A stretch of 64,000 bases of DNA from Nitrospirota bacterium. Its GTDB lineage: Bacteria > Nitrospirota > Thermodesulfovibrionia > Thermodesulfovibrionales > Dissulfurispiraceae. This document shows positions 9,727 through 20,887 of the stretch, in pieces. Location of the stretch: assembly GCA_963710375.1 (NCBI GenBank), contig CAVPZX010000002.1, positions 544,001 through 608,000 on the forward strand, read 5' to 3'. The notes beneath the pieces are model-generated. The model had not been told where the DNA came from. It made no database searches and saw only the letters and a program-made list of their open reading frames with translations. The position numbers were made by a program, and so were the translations under genes. Position 1 is the first letter of the stretch, and each line of letters starts with the position of its first letter.

Positions 9727-10482
9727 ATGACAATTTCAGATAAACTTAAGCGATTTGGCAGAAGCTTATATAGTGCTCCTTTGAACTATCCATTGTCTTT
9801 TCAACTTAAGGATCTGCCGCAAAATATATTTGTGCGGACTGTCAAGGCGATGATTTACAGCTTCCTGGAAAAAGGCTATGAAGTCGTGACAAATGAAAGG
9901 ATTGTCGAGATACCATTTGTTTTTCAAAATCTGGACTTGTCGCAAAAGTCCACCATTCTAGATTTTGGTTGCTGTGAAAGTATGGTGTCCATAGAACTTG
10001 CAAGCTTAGGACATAACGTTACAGGAGTAGACATGAATGAGTATATTTATGAACATCCCAATTTTAACTTTATAAAAATCAATTTCTTGAATAATACGTT
10101 TCATGATGAATACTTTGATGCTATTATTGCTATTTCTGCGATTGAACACTGTGGTCTTCCGGCTTATGGGTTGCAGGAATTTTCAGACGGTGACCATATG
10201 GTCATTAATGAGATGTATAGAATTCTTAAAAAGGATGGGAAAATTGCCCTGACTGTTCCATTCGGGGAAAAAGGGTTGATTGAAGGGCACGTGGGGCAAA
10301 GAATTTATGATTATGATTCATTAATGACGCTGTTAAGCAAATTTAAGATTATTAAGGAAGCCTACTTTATCGGGATAGACAAAAAATATTGGCTGCCATC
10401 TACCAAAGCAGATTTACGCGATTTAAACTCTGCTTCAAAAGGATTTGCGCAAGGGGTCGCGTGTATATATGCGTCAAAATAA
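9727..10482 (+). CDS. Class I SAM-dependent methyltransferase
   Basis: ILDFGC motif I, FDAIIAISAIEH, RILKKDG. Confidence 0.8.
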   Translation: MTISDKLKRFGRSLYSAPLNYPLSFQLKDLPQNIFVRTVKAMIYSFLEKGYEVVTNERIVEIPFVFQNLDLSQKSTILDFGCCESMVSIELASLGHNVTGVDMNEYIYEHPNFNFIKINFLNNTFHDEYFDAIIAISAIEHCGLPAYGLQEFSDGDHMVINEMYRILKKDGKIALTVPFGEKGLIEGHVGQRIYDYDSLMTLLSKFKIIKEAYFIGIDKKYWLPSTKADLRDLNSASKGFAQGVACIYASK

Positions 10483-10508
10483 ACTTATAAATAACCCGGA
10501 GTGAACTC

Positions 10509-11996
10509 TTGGCCGGCAACCCTTCTATTAATAAGCGAGTGTTATTTGTAAATCCTGCAAAAGAAAACGGGTACTATGCTGACCGCATTCATATGGGCTT
10601 TTCACTTCTGGGGCAAATATTGTTAGAGTCAGGTTGCCAGGTAAAGGTAGTAGACTACTCTTTTTTGAAAAGCATTGAATCCGAAACAATGACAATCCCG
10701 CAAATTGAGGATATTATTAAGGATTTTAAACCGGATGTCATAGGAATATCGATTTTCTCATATTTATATGATGAGTCGCAAAAAATGATAGAGCAGGTCG
10801 TCAGATGCTGCAATACTCCAATTATTGTAGGTGGTCCACATGTAACCTTATTTCCCGAAGATTTTTCTAATGATACACGCGTTAGTTACATCGTTAGAGG
10901 TGAAGCTGAAGCCATTATAACCACATTGGTAAATTCCGCCACCCGGGAACTATCGCCGGTATTAATAAACAGCCCTGTCCCAACTCCCGAACAAATACCC
11001 GCAATAAATCTTGATATTGTTCATGAAAGCCGCCATTTAAGAAATTATCAAATACAATTAAGCAGAGGGTGTCCGTTTAATTGCAGTTTTTGCACTATAG
11101 ATTCAATAGCAGGCCGAAAAATGCGCGCACGCGACCTGGACTATTGTCTTGATCAGGTCGTGGAGGCGAAGAGGCGTTACCCTAATATACAGTGTATAGC
11201 AATAACCGATGATTGTCCCACATTTAACGGGGAAAGGTTTAAAGAGTTCTTAAACAAAATCGCTGAAAGAAGGGTTGACGCCTTTCTCACAGTTGATAAT
11301 ATGCGAGCGGATCTTATTGACGAAGAAATGCTCCAACTATATATTAAAGCTGGCGGCCAAAATATTTGTTTGGGTGTTGAGAGTGCGGATCCTGAAGTGT
11401 TTAAAATGGTACATAAAGGTGAATCGCTTGATAAGATAATATATGCAGCCAAGCTGGTTCACAAGTATAATCTCCAATTAGGCCTTTGTTTTGTTATCGG
11501 TTTGCCGGGGGACACTTTGGAAAAAAATAAGGAATCTGTCAAACTGGCAAAAAAATTGAAAGCCGATTACATATTTTGGAATGTATGTGTGCCATGGCCT
11601 GGAACAGAGGTCTATGAGTGGTTCAAAAAAAACGGCAAAATAGGGGATATTCGTAACTTTTCGCCTCTTATCGATTCAAAAATAAATTTTAAAGACCCCC
11701 CTGCCGAATCTAACATCTTCAAAAAAGAGGATATAGTTAAAGCATGGCTGACCGCAAATATGGAAACCTGCAATATCCCAATAATTGCTCTGCGCAACGC
11801 TCGTACCATTCCGGCATTTATGCTGAGATTATTATATTTGACCCGTAGATATAACCTCTATAAATCATCATTTATTTTCATATGGAAACTATTCACGTCT
11901 AAAATGTGGTTTGAGATAAAAAAGAGGCTAAAGGTTTATGTGTGGAAGAGAAGAAGAGAAAAGTTTGCAAAAAATATTCTGTTAAGGATCCCATAA
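10509..11996 (+). CDS. B12-binding radical SAM protein
   Basis: Cobalamin-binding N-domain (DVIGIS, VGGPH), SRGCPFNCSFC CxxxCxxC. Confidence 0.9.
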   Translation: MAGNPSINKRVLFVNPAKENGYYADRIHMGFSLLGQILLESGCQVKVVDYSFLKSIESETMTIPQIEDIIKDFKPDVIGISIFSYLYDESQKMIEQVVRCCNTPIIVGGPHVTLFPEDFSNDTRVSYIVRGEAEAIITTLVNSATRELSPVLINSPVPTPEQIPAINLDIVHESRHLRNYQIQLSRGCPFNCSFCTIDSIAGRKMRARDLDYCLDQVVEAKRRYPNIQCIAITDDCPTFNGERFKEFLNKIAERRVDAFLTVDNMRADLIDEEMLQLYIKAGGQNICLGVESADPEVFKMVHKGESLDKIIYAAKLVHKYNLQLGLCFVIGLPGDTLEKNKESVKLAKKLKADYIFWNVCVPWPGTEVYEWFKKNGKIGDIRNFSPLIDSKINFKDPPAESNIFKKEDIVKAWLTANMETCNIPIIALRNARTIPAFMLRLLYLTRRYNLYKSSFIFIWKLFTSKMWFEIKKRLKVYVWKRRREKFAKNILLRIP

Positions 11997-12000
11997 AGGC

Positions 12001-13122
12001 ATGAACATCGCCGTAGACGCGTTCCCTCTCTCAATGACATTATCTGCGGGAATCTCGAATTATTTAAATAGCATATTGGACAACCTGTTAAGTATTGACA
12101 AAAAAAACCTCTACTTTCTTTTTTGCAAAAATCATTTCCAATTTAATGAGAGAATAAATTTGAGGTTGAGATTCGGGCCTAAGACCGGAAAAAAATCCTT
12201 GTCCTATGTAAACACCTTGTGGCTTTTCAGTATTGGTGTGCGAATGATGAAGAGAGACAAGATTGATATTTTCTGGGGAACAAGGCAAATGCTTCCCCCA
12301 TTTCTTCCAGCCCATACACGAAAGGTGCTTACTGTATATGATATGGTATGGCATTATTTCCCGGAAACGATGGGGAATTACAACCGGCTGGTTTCAGATT
12401 TGCTGGCAATGCGATCCATTAAATCAGCTGACCACATCATAACGATATCTAAAGCCACGGCAGGGGCTCTGACAGAAATTGCAGAAGTTCCACCCCAAAA
12501 GATAAGCGTTGTTTATCCTGCAGCTGATAGCTATAAACCGCTGGATAAGTCAGCCGCAGCCGATTATATTGCAGGGAAGTACAGAACCTCTCTGAAGTAT
12601 ATTCTCACTGTAAGCACTGTAGAGCCTCGGAAAAATTTGATAACTCTGCTCAAGGCATTCGCAGCACTAAAAAATGAGAACGTCCAGCTTCTCATAGCAG
12701 GTGCATCAGGCTGGAAAAATTCAACTATATACTCCGCATATGAAAGACTCGGCTTTTCAGAAAGACAGGTTAAATTCCTAGGATATGTGCCCTACAAAGA
12801 CATGAATAACTTATACTCGGGCGCCTCCCTGTTTGTCTTCCCTTCGATATATGAAGGTTTTGGCATACCGCCTCTTGAAGCCATGGCATCGGGTACGCCT
12901 ATCATCGTATCGAATTCGTCTTCCCTCCCGGAGGTGGCTGGTGAGGCAGGCATACTCCCTGAGCCAATGGATGAAACAGGCTGGCGGAACAGTATACTAA
13001 AAGTGTTGTCGGACGCGTCTCTTCAGGAAGAGATGATAAAAAAAGGCCTTAAGCAGGCAAGTATTTTTTCATGGAAAGAGGCCGCACTACATACTTTGAA
13101 AGTCTTTGAGAAATTTGTTTGA
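12001..13122 (+). CDS. Glycosyltransferase family 4 (mannosyl/rhamnosyltransferase-like)
   Basis: EPRKNL and FPSIYEGFGIPPLEAMASG motifs. Confidence 0.9.
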   Translation: MNIAVDAFPLSMTLSAGISNYLNSILDNLLSIDKKNLYFLFCKNHFQFNERINLRLRFGPKTGKKSLSYVNTLWLFSIGVRMMKRDKIDIFWGTRQMLPPFLPAHTRKVLTVYDMVWHYFPETMGNYNRLVSDLLAMRSIKSADHIITISKATAGALTEIAEVPPQKISVVYPAADSYKPLDKSAAADYIAGKYRTSLKYILTVSTVEPRKNLITLLKAFAALKNENVQLLIAGASGWKNSTIYSAYERLGFSERQVKFLGYVPYKDMNNLYSGASLFVFPSIYEGFGIPPLEAMASGTPIIVSNSSSLPEVAGEAGILPEPMDETGWRNSILKVLSDASLQEEMIKKGLKQASIFSWKEAALHTLKVFEKFV

Positions 13123-13152
13123 ATATATAATCTGATCATTGGGGAGGCTAAT

Positions 13153-14175
13153 TTGATCAAAAAAGCACTTATAACAGGAATCACCGGTCAGGACGGAGCA
13201 TATCTGTCAAAGCTGCTGCTCGAAAAAGGCTATGAGGTGTATGGCGCATTCAGGCGCACTTCTGATCTGAATATGGGCCGCATGAAGTTTCTCGGCATCG
13301 ACAACAATATAGAGTTTGTGCCTCTTGAACTCCTTGAGTTTACCAATATTCAAAAGACACTCGAAGCCATAAAGCCCGACGAGGTCTATAACCTGGGCGC
13401 GCAGAGTTTTGTAGCACTTTCTTTTGAGCAGCCTATTTTTACCGCTGATGTCACAGGCCTTGGCGTACTCAGGATGCTGGAGGCTATACGCGCCGTCAAT
13501 CCCCAGATACGGTTTTATCAGGCATCGAGCAGCGAGATGTTCGGCAAGGTAAGGGAGACTCCCCAGAATGAACAGACACCATTTCATCCGCGGAGCCCTT
13601 ATGCGGCATCGAAACTTTTCGGGCACTGTATGGCTGTAAATTACCGTGAATCATATGACATGTTCGCCTGCTCCGGCATTCTTTTTAATCATGAGTCTCC
13701 CCTGCGGGGACTTGAGTTTGTTACTCGAAAAGTCACTCATGCGGTCGCAAGAATAAAACTGCGACTTCAGGAAAAACTTTCTCTTGGCAATCTGGATTCG
13801 ATGCGTGACTGGGGATATGCCGCAGAATACGTGGAGGCAATGTGGCTTATGCTTCAGCAGTCCAGGCCTGACGATTATGTAATTGCCACGGGTGAAACGC
13901 ACAGCGTCAGGGAGTTTGTGGTGACGGCATTCAGGGAGGCCGGGATCGAGCTGGAATGGACTGGACATGGTATTCACGAAAAAGGTGTAGAAAGGGCGAC
14001 AGGCAAGACTCTCGTTGAAATAGCACCGCAATTCTTCAGACCTGCTGAAGTAGATGTCCTGACAGGGGATTATTCCAAGGCAAAGGCAAAACTAGGATGG
14101 GAACCTAAAACCACTTTTAATGATCTCGTTAAAATTATGGTGCATCATGACATAAGTATTACGGAAAAAGGTTAA
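13153..14175 (+). CDS. gmd: GDP-mannose 4,6-dehydratase
   Basis: [40 protein letters not shown]. Confidence 0.96.
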   Translation: MIKKALITGITGQDGAYLSKLLLEKGYEVYGAFRRTSDLNMGRMKFLGIDNNIEFVPLELLEFTNIQKTLEAIKPDEVYNLGAQSFVALSFEQPIFTADVTGLGVLRMLEAIRAVNPQIRFYQASSSEMFGKVRETPQNEQTPFHPRSPYAASKLFGHCMAVNYRESYDMFACSGILFNHESPLRGLEFVTRKVTHAVARIKLRLQEKLSLGNLDSMRDWGYAAEYVEAMWLMLQQSRPDDYVIATGETHSVREFVVTAFREAGIELEWTGHGIHEKGVERATGKTLVEIAPQFFRPAEVDVLTGDYSKAKAKLGWEPKTTFNDLVKIMVHHDISITEKG

Positions 14176-14194
14176 CCTGCATGTATCCTTCCTT

Positions 14195-15297
14195 ATGAAG
14201 ATTCTTCATCTCATTTATGATCATAACAACAATCCCTGGGTCGGCGGCGGGGGAGCAGTAAGGGTCTATGAGATATGCAAAAGGCTTGCCAAACAAGGGC
14301 ATGAAATAACTATCATCAGCGGAAACTATCCAGGCGCTGCCAACTATATTGAAGACGGATTACGGTTCTTGTTTGTGGGCAGCAATAAAAATTACATGTT
14401 GAGCACCTTTTCCTATGCATGGGAAAGCGCTTCGCTGGTTAAAAAAAGGGGGCAAGAATTCGACATTATCATCGAGGATTTTGCCCCCTGGAATCCGGTT
14501 TTCTCAGCATTCCTGACAAAAAAACCTGTTGTGCTTCATATCAATCACCGTGAAGGAATAAATATTCTTAGAAGATGGCGGCTTGTGGGATTACCGTTCT
14601 TTTTGATCGAAAGGTTTTATCCGTTTTTTTTCAAAAACGTGGCTGCCCTCTCGGAGGAGACAAGAAAAAAAATACGTATTGCCGGCGCGAAAATAGTGCC
14701 CGCCGGCATTGATGAAAATTTTTTTATCAATAATAGCGATGTTGCAAACATGATAGGACGATATTTGCTTTACGTTGGAAGACTCCATATCAAAAACAAA
14801 GGGCTCGATACTCTTCTTTGCTCCATGATAGGCCATGATGCTAGATTGCTTATAGCAGGCCGTGGCAAAGATGAGGATTCTCTGAAACAAATGGCCCAAA
14901 GTTTTGGGGTCGAAAACGTGGCTTTTCGCGGTTTTGTCGGAGAGGAAGAAAAAGAGACCTGCTGCGGAACTGTCAGGCACTGGTCTTACCGTCGAGATTT
15001 GAGGGCTGGGGTATTGTTGTTCTTGAGGCCGCTGCGTGCGGAAAACCGGTTATAGTAAGCGATATCCCTGAACTGGGGTATGCTGTTGAAGCAGGGTTCG
15101 GCATATCATTCAAGACAGGGGATTCGAAAGACCTTGCCCAGAAAATAAAATTTCTCATCGAAAATGAACCTCTGAGAACGGAGATGGGGCGGAAAGCTCG
15201 CGAATATGCTAAGGACTACACATGGGACAAGATATCGCTCGATTATGAACGGTTTCTGCTGAAAATAATAAAAGACAGGCAAATGACAAAAGGCTAA
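14195..15297 (+). CDS. Glycosyltransferase family 4, frameshifted near 14950
   Basis: N-half in one frame; C-half (LPSRFEGWGIVVLEAAACGKPV...) continues in the -1 frame to TAA 15295-15297; one A missing in the A5 run 14949-14953. Confidence 0.85.
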
Positions 15298-15422
15298 GGG
15301 CTAAAGGAAAAGCAGGAGACAAAAAATTAAGAATGGAACCCTGTGTTTTTTTCTCTGTTTCACTTTCGCCTTTTGCCATTAGCCTTTTGCCTTCTTGGCC
15401 TTTTGACATTTGCCTTTAGGCT
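15278..15422. repeat. Inverted 7-mer tandem repeat hairpin (AAAGGCT / AGCCTTT-type)
   Basis: ggcaaatgacaaaaggctaagggctaaagg ... gccttttgccattagccttttgcc...gacatttgcctttagg. Confidence 0.85.
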
Positions 15423-15535
15423 ATTTCCTATTATGAGTCTTTTTTATGCTATACTACCCGTCAGTGCAAAATAAGCTTTAGCCTTTTACAGAGGCTTAAG
15501 CCGGGGCGTAAAATAAAGCTGCTGGAGAGATTTGC

Positions 15536-17797
15536 GTGAAAGGTGCTCTGATTAGTTGTTTTATTTTAAGTCTTTTTTTAGTGTCCATTAATCTGTTTTG
15601 CGGACCCGCCTATTCTCAAGAAGTCCCTGTCGTTACCGCCATAGAGGTAAAGGGCGTAAAACGCATTGAAGAAGGCTCGGTAAAAGCAAAAATATCCCAG
15701 AAAATAGGGGAGCCTCTGTCTGATGAAAAGACCTCTGATGACATAAAAGCCATTTTCAAAATGGGCTATTTCGATGATGTAAAAGTTAATATGGAGCCCT
15801 TTGAGGGCGGCCTTAAGCTGATCTATATGGTTGAAGAAAAACCAACCATTATTAAGGTAGACTTTCAGGGAAACAAGGAATTCGATGACAGTAGACTTAA
15901 GGAAAAGACTACAATTACTGCCGGGGCAATATCAGATATAAACCTTATCAACGATAATGCAATAAAACTAAGGGCTTTTTATGAAGATGAGGGTTACTAT
16001 CTCGCAAAGGTGGTTCCAGTTGTGAGAAAAGCCGGTAAGGGTGAAGTTGTGTTGACCTTCCAGATTAACGAGGGCGAGAAGGTCAAAATCAGAGATATCA
16101 GGATAGAAGGGAATAAAGCGATCTCTGCCGGTAAAATCAAAGCGGCCATGAAGACTAAAGTGAGGGGGTGGCTATCCTTTATCTTCGGCACCGGTTACTA
16201 CAAAAAAGACGAGATGAGGGCCGATATCGATCGCATAAGGGACGTCTATTATGATAAAGGTTACATTAAGGTCACCGTAGGCGAACCGGTTTTGCAGCTC
16301 ACAGATGATAAAAAAGGGATGAAAATTACCATATCGGTTTCCGAGGGAGATCAGTTCAAAGTATCTTCAGTCGAGATTGCCGGCAACAAGGCTTACAAAG
16401 AAGATGAAGTGAGGAAACTTATCAAGATCTCGCCCGGAAAGGTCTTCGATAAATCGGTTCTGTCTCAGGATGTAGTCGCTATCAGCGATAAATATGCAAA
16501 CAACGGCTTTGCGCTTGTATCAGTATTCCCCGACCTTATCCCCGATGAAGAAAAGAAAACAGTGCGGGTTGTCTTCAGGATTACCGAAGGCGATAAATAT
16601 ACTGTTGGTAAAATCTCCATAACCGGCAACACGAAAACAAGAGACAAAGTAATACGCAGGGAAATCAGACTTGACGAGGGAGATACATTTGATGCATCTT
16701 CTCTGAAACGCACTTACGAACGTTTGAAGAACCTGCAGTTTTTCGAAACAGTCAACATTCAGCCAAAACCACTGCATGATGAAAAAATAGTAGACCTCGA
16801 TGTTGCTGTAAAAGAGAAGTCTACCGGCTCCATAAGCGTTGGCGGCGGATATAGCACTCTTGACCACTTCATGGTCATGTTTGATGTAACCCAGAGCAAT
16901 CTTGATGGCTCGGGACGGGGTCTGAGGTTAAAGGCACAGCTCGGCAGCAAAAGTTCTTTTTACGAAATATCCTACAAGGACCCCTGGTTTATGGATAAAC
17001 CTTATTATTTGAACGCCAGCGTTTATAAAACGTACCGGGTATACGGAGACTTTGACAGCAAAGCAACCGGCTTTAGCGTGTCCTTGGCTAAAAACCTGTC
17101 GGAATACTGGGTAGCCTCGTTAGGATACAATCTGGAGCAGGCGAATATTTATAATGTCGCCACCACTGCCTCCTCAATCATAACAGATCAGGAGGGGACA
17201 AAACTAACCAGCGCCATCAGCCCTGCAATAGCCAGGGATACCCGGGACAACTATCTGGATCCGACAACTGGCTCCCGTAACTCAATTGGGTTCACCTTTG
17301 CCGGATTAGGGGGGTCAAATGACTTCATAAAGGCACTTGCTGACTCTTCCTGGTATTTCCCTGTTCCCTTTTCATCAACATTCATGTTGAGAGGCAGATT
17401 TGGATATGAGGTGGGTTTGTTCGGCAAAGAAGTGCCATTATACCAGCGGTTTTTTCTCGGTGACATTAATACCATCCGGGGAATCAACTATGGGGATGCG
17501 GGACCTAAGGATGTTAATAGCCAGCCGTTCGGTGGACTAAGTGAGCTTATATTCAATGCCGAGTATGTTTTTCCTGTTGTACCTGAATATAAGTTCAAAG
17601 GGGTTGTCTTTGCAGACGCGGGCAGAGCGTATGGCATAGATGAAGTTATCGGCAGTAACCTCACATACACGACCGGGTTCGGGATACGATGGGTTTCCCC
17701 TATGGGTCCGATAAGGGTTGAGTGGGGCTATAATCTAAACAGGTATCACGGTGAGGCATCAAGCAAGCTCGGATTTACTTTTGGCGCTGCTTTTTAA
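15536..17797 (+). CDS. bamA: Outer membrane protein assembly factor BamA
   Basis: Signal peptide, POTRA repeats (GNTKTRDKVIRRE), barrel ending SPMGP...F; precedes skp-lpxD. Confidence 0.95.
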   Translation: MKGALISCFILSLFLVSINLFCGPAYSQEVPVVTAIEVKGVKRIEEGSVKAKISQKIGEPLSDEKTSDDIKAIFKMGYFDDVKVNMEPFEGGLKLIYMVEEKPTIIKVDFQGNKEFDDSRLKEKTTITAGAISDINLINDNAIKLRAFYEDEGYYLAKVVPVVRKAGKGEVVLTFQINEGEKVKIRDIRIEGNKAISAGKIKAAMKTKVRGWLSFIFGTGYYKKDEMRADIDRIRDVYYDKGYIKVTVGEPVLQLTDDKKGMKITISVSEGDQFKVSSVEIAGNKAYKEDEVRKLIKISPGKVFDKSVLSQDVVAISDKYANNGFALVSVFPDLIPDEEKKTVRVVFRITEGDKYTVGKISITGNTKTRDKVIRREIRLDEGDTFDASSLKRTYERLKNLQFFETVNIQPKPLHDEKIVDLDVAVKEKSTGSISVGGGYSTLDHFMVMFDVTQSNLDGSGRGLRLKAQLGSKSSFYEISYKDPWFMDKPYYLNASVYKTYRVYGDFDSKATGFSVSLAKNLSEYWVASLGYNLEQANIYNVATTASSIITDQEGTKLTSAISPAIARDTRDNYLDPTTGSRNSIGFTFAGLGGSNDFIKALADSSWYFPVPFSSTFMLRGRFGYEVGLFGKEVPLYQRFFLGDINTIRGINYGDAGPKDVNSQPFGGLSELIFNAEYVFPVVPEYKFKGVVFADAGRAYGIDEVIGSNLTYTTGFGIRWVSPMGPIRVEWGYNLNRYHGEASSKLGFTFGAAF

Positions 17798-17931
17798 AAA
17801 AGGCTAAAGGCAAAGGGCAAATGGCTAATGGCGCAAGGCTAAAAAAACAGAATACAGAAAATTAAAGTCTGATCCTGATTTTTTGTTTTTTTATTTAACC
17901 TTTTGCCTTTAGCCCTTTGCCTTTAGCCTTA
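17798..17931. repeat. Inverted 7-mer tandem repeat hairpin
   Basis: aaggctaaaggcaaagggcaaatggctaatgg ... ccttttgcctttagccctttgcctttagcctt. Confidence 0.88.
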
Positions 17932-17952
17932 AAATAAAATTTGGAGGGTTCG

Positions 17953-18486
17953 ATGAAAAAAGTTATTCTGGTAATGATCGTTGGATTTGCGGTGCTCTTA
18001 AACGGCGCCTTGTCTCGTGTTAACGCAGCTGATATCAAATTAGGTTTTGTTGATATAGACAGAGCTGCAAACGACTCTGAAGAGGGTAAAAAAGCGGTAG
18101 GCGGATTGAAAGACTTTATGGCTTCAAGGCAATCTGCAATCACTGAAAAAGGCAAGGCGATCGACAAGATGAAGAGCGATCTGGAGAAACAGGGGGGGAT
18201 CATGTCTCCGGATGCGAAAAAGTCGAAAATAGAAGAATTGGAGCGCTCGGAAAGAGAATTTCAGAGGATGGTGTCTGATGCGAATCAGGAGTTCGAGAAA
18301 AAAAGGAGAGAATTGACGGAGTCGGTATATAAAGAAATAATTGAAATAGTCGGGAAATTCGGGCAGGAGCAGAAATACACCGTCATTCTGCCGGTCCAAT
18401 CGGTGCTTTTTAGTGATAAATCGCTTGATATTACCGATATCATAATAAAGCAATTCAATGAGTCCAAAGGTCATAAGAGTAAATGA
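17953..18486 (+). CDS. skp: Periplasmic chaperone Skp/OmpH
   Basis: Signal peptide, KLGFVD, coiled coil, DITD C-terminal motif; GGAGG RBS. Confidence 0.9.
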   Translation: MKKVILVMIVGFAVLLNGALSRVNAADIKLGFVDIDRAANDSEEGKKAVGGLKDFMASRQSAITEKGKAIDKMKSDLEKQGGIMSPDAKKSKIEELERSEREFQRMVSDANQEFEKKRRELTESVYKEIIEIVGKFGQEQKYTVILPVQSVLFSDKSLDITDIIIKQFNESKGHKSK

Positions 18487-18488
18487 TT

Positions 18489-18553
18489 TTACGGGTTTGC
18501 GGGTATATGAGTAAATGGGTGGAATTCTCGTACGATCATATACCCATCCACCC
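18489..18553. repeat. Degenerate inverted 8-mer repeat
   Basis: ttacgggt ttgcgggt atatgagt aaatgggt ... atacccatccaccc. Confidence 0.55.
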
Positions 18554-18565
18554 TAAAGGGATCAT

Positions 18566-19582
18566 ATGACATTGCAAGAACTTACCGAACTGCTTGCAGG
18601 GGAAATCAATGGCGATGGGTCCACTGAAATAACCGGGGTTGCAGGCATTCCCGATGCCCGGGAAGGAGATATTACTTTTCTTTCTAGCACAAAACTAATT
18701 CCAGAACTGAGTACGAGCACGGCAGCGGCTGTACTGGTTAAGGACTTTATTCCAGAACTCCAGAAGCCGCAGGTCAAGACAAGAAATCCTCTCTATTCCT
18801 TTGCGAAGCTCCTGGAGCATTTTTACGCCAAGAGCATACAGCACAGAGGGATCAGCGAAAATGCGTTTATTGCGGTAGGGGCTGAGATAGCCCCGGATGT
18901 CACTATTTATGATTTCAGCTATATTTCGGAAAAGGTAAGAATCGGCCCGGGTTCCGTAATCTTTCCCGGAGTATTTATAGGTGAAGCTTGCAGTATCGGT
19001 GAAAAGTGTACTATTTACCCAAATGTGACTATCAGGGAAAACACCGTTATCGGCAACAGGGTAATTATTCATCCAAACGCTGTCCTGGGCTCCGACGGGT
19101 TCGGATATGTTTTTGAGGAAGGAAGGCATAATAAGATACCCCAGGTTGGGAATGTACTGATAGAAGATGATGTGGAAATAGGCGCCGGCGTTACAATTGA
19201 CAGGGCCACAACCGGAACGACAATTATAGGCAAAGGGACCAAGATTGACAACCTGGTACAGATCGGTCACAACGTACGCGTCGGCAGTAATGTTATATTA
19301 GTGGCCCAGGTTGGAATAGCAGGGAGTTCCTCTATTGGCGACGGCGCCGTGCTTGGAGGACAGGTAGGGGTAGCAGACCATGCTGTTATTGAAGCCGGAA
19401 CAATGGTAGCCGCTCAGTCGGGGATTATGAGTATAGGAAAGGTCAAACAAGGCGTCTATGCCGGATATCCTATAATTGCTCATAGAGACTGGCTTAAAGC
19501 GTCAGCGCTTTTTGCCAGGTTGCCTGAATTGAAGAAACGAATTGAAGCGCTTGAAAAAAAGTTAAAAGACCGTGAAACGTGA
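18566..19582 (+). CDS. lpxD: UDP-3-O-acylglucosamine N-acyltransferase
   Basis: Hexapeptide repeats, GSDGFGY, KIDNLVQIGHN. Confidence 0.96.
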   Translation: MTLQELTELLAGEINGDGSTEITGVAGIPDAREGDITFLSSTKLIPELSTSTAAAVLVKDFIPELQKPQVKTRNPLYSFAKLLEHFYAKSIQHRGISENAFIAVGAEIAPDVTIYDFSYISEKVRIGPGSVIFPGVFIGEACSIGEKCTIYPNVTIRENTVIGNRVIIHPNAVLGSDGFGYVFEEGRHNKIPQVGNVLIEDDVEIGAGVTIDRATTGTTIIGKGTKIDNLVQIGHNVRVGSNVILVAQVGIAGSSSIGDGAVLGGQVGVADHAVIEAGTMVAAQSGIMSIGKVKQGVYAGYPIIAHRDWLKASALFARLPELKKRIEALEKKLKDRET

Positions 19583-19647
19583 AAGGTGAAACGAAAAAGC
19601 CGTTCTTTAATTCTTTACTGTTCACTATTCACCATTCACGTCTCACT
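19571..19647. repeat. Inverted 7-mer tandem repeat hairpin (GTGAAAC / TTCAC)
   Basis: cgtgaaacgtgaaaggtgaaac ... gttcactattcaccattcacgtctcac; contains the lpxD stop. Confidence 0.82.
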
Positions 19648-19667
19648 GCTTTTTTAGTGGAGGAGAA

Positions 19668-20099
19668 ATGATGGACATTAAGGAAATCTTGGCCGTTCTG
19701 CCTCATCGCTATCCTTTTTTGATGGTTGACAAGGTAATTGAGCTGGAGACTGAAGTCAAGGCAGTCGGGATAAAAAATGTTTCTGTGAACGAGCCTTTCT
19801 TTCAGGGCCATTTCCCCGGCAATCCGGTAATGCCCGGCGTTCTCATCGTTGAGGCATTGGCACAGCTGGCTGGAATACTTGCTTTCCAATCAGGCGTTCA
19901 GGGGAAAACAGTATATTTTATGAGCATAGAAAAGGTGAAGTTCAGAAAGATTGTTATACCGGGCGACCAGCTCAGGCTTGAAGTCAATGTCATGCACAAG
20001 AGAGGCAATGTCTGGAAATTTTCGGGGAATGCGTTTGTCGGAGACAAATTGACGTCAGAGGCTGAGTTTACAGCTATGGTTTCTGATAAAGACCTTTAG
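19668..20099 (+). CDS. fabZ: 3-hydroxyacyl-ACP dehydratase
   Basis: LPHRYPFL, FFQGHFP, MPGVLIVEALAQ. Confidence 0.97.
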   Translation: MMDIKEILAVLPHRYPFLMVDKVIELETEVKAVGIKNVSVNEPFFQGHFPGNPVMPGVLIVEALAQLAGILAFQSGVQGKTVYFMSIEKVKFRKIVIPGDQLRLEVNVMHKRGNVWKFSGNAFVGDKLTSEAEFTAMVSDKDL

Positions 20100-20107
20100 G
20101 AGGATGG

Positions 20108-20887
20108 ATGCCAAGAGAAATTCATAAGACAGCAATTGTCAGCCCTAAAGCAGAGATTGCCGATAATGTTTCGATCGGTCCCTTTTGTCTGATAGGTGAA
20201 GGTGTAACTATCAAGAAGGGCTCAAAGCTTATTTCAAATGTGATTATCGAAGGAAACACCGAAATCGGCGAGCACTGCACAATTTACCCTTTTGCCACTA
20301 TCGGCTTGCCGCCGCAAGACCTTAAATACAAGAACGAAAAGACCGGTGTTAAAATCGGCAAACAAAATATCATCAGAGAATACGCATCAATACATAGGGC
20401 TTCTGTCGGTGGCAATGGGATGACTGAGATCGGAGATTCAAACTTCATTATGGCCTATGTCCATATTGCTCACGACTGCAAAATCGGTTCTTCAATTGCA
20501 TTGGTTAATGCCGCAACCCTCGCAGGACATGTTGTTGTAGAGGATTTTGCGACCATAGGGGGCATTGTAGCCATCCACCAGTTTACACGTATAGGCGCTT
20601 ATTCAATGGTCGGGGGATTCAGCGGCATAGGACAGGATATACCCCCCTATACCATGGCTTCTGGATCCCGTGCAAAACTCTATGGGCTCAATGTGATAGG
20701 TTTAAAAAGGCACGGGTTTTCAGATGAGACAATTAACAATCTCAAGAAGGCCTATAAAATCCTCTTCAGAGAGAAACGGACACTGAAGGACGCTCTAAAA
20801 AGAATCAAGGCAGAGCTTTCCGGAATAAAAGAGGTTGAGAGGCTCGTGGAGTTTGTGGAGAAAAATAAAAGAGGCATATGCAGATAG
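20108..20887 (+). CDS. lpxA: UDP-N-acetylglucosamine O-acyltransferase
   Basis: PQDLKY, IRE, HIAHDC, LAGHV, HQF. Confidence 0.97.
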   Translation: MPREIHKTAIVSPKAEIADNVSIGPFCLIGEGVTIKKGSKLISNVIIEGNTEIGEHCTIYPFATIGLPPQDLKYKNEKTGVKIGKQNIIREYASIHRASVGGNGMTEIGDSNFIMAYVHIAHDCKIGSSIALVNAATLAGHVVVEDFATIGGIVAIHQFTRIGAYSMVGGFSGIGQDIPPYTMASGSRAKLYGLNVIGLKRHGFSDETINNLKKAYKILFREKRTLKDALKRIKAELSGIKEVERLVEFVEKNKRGICR

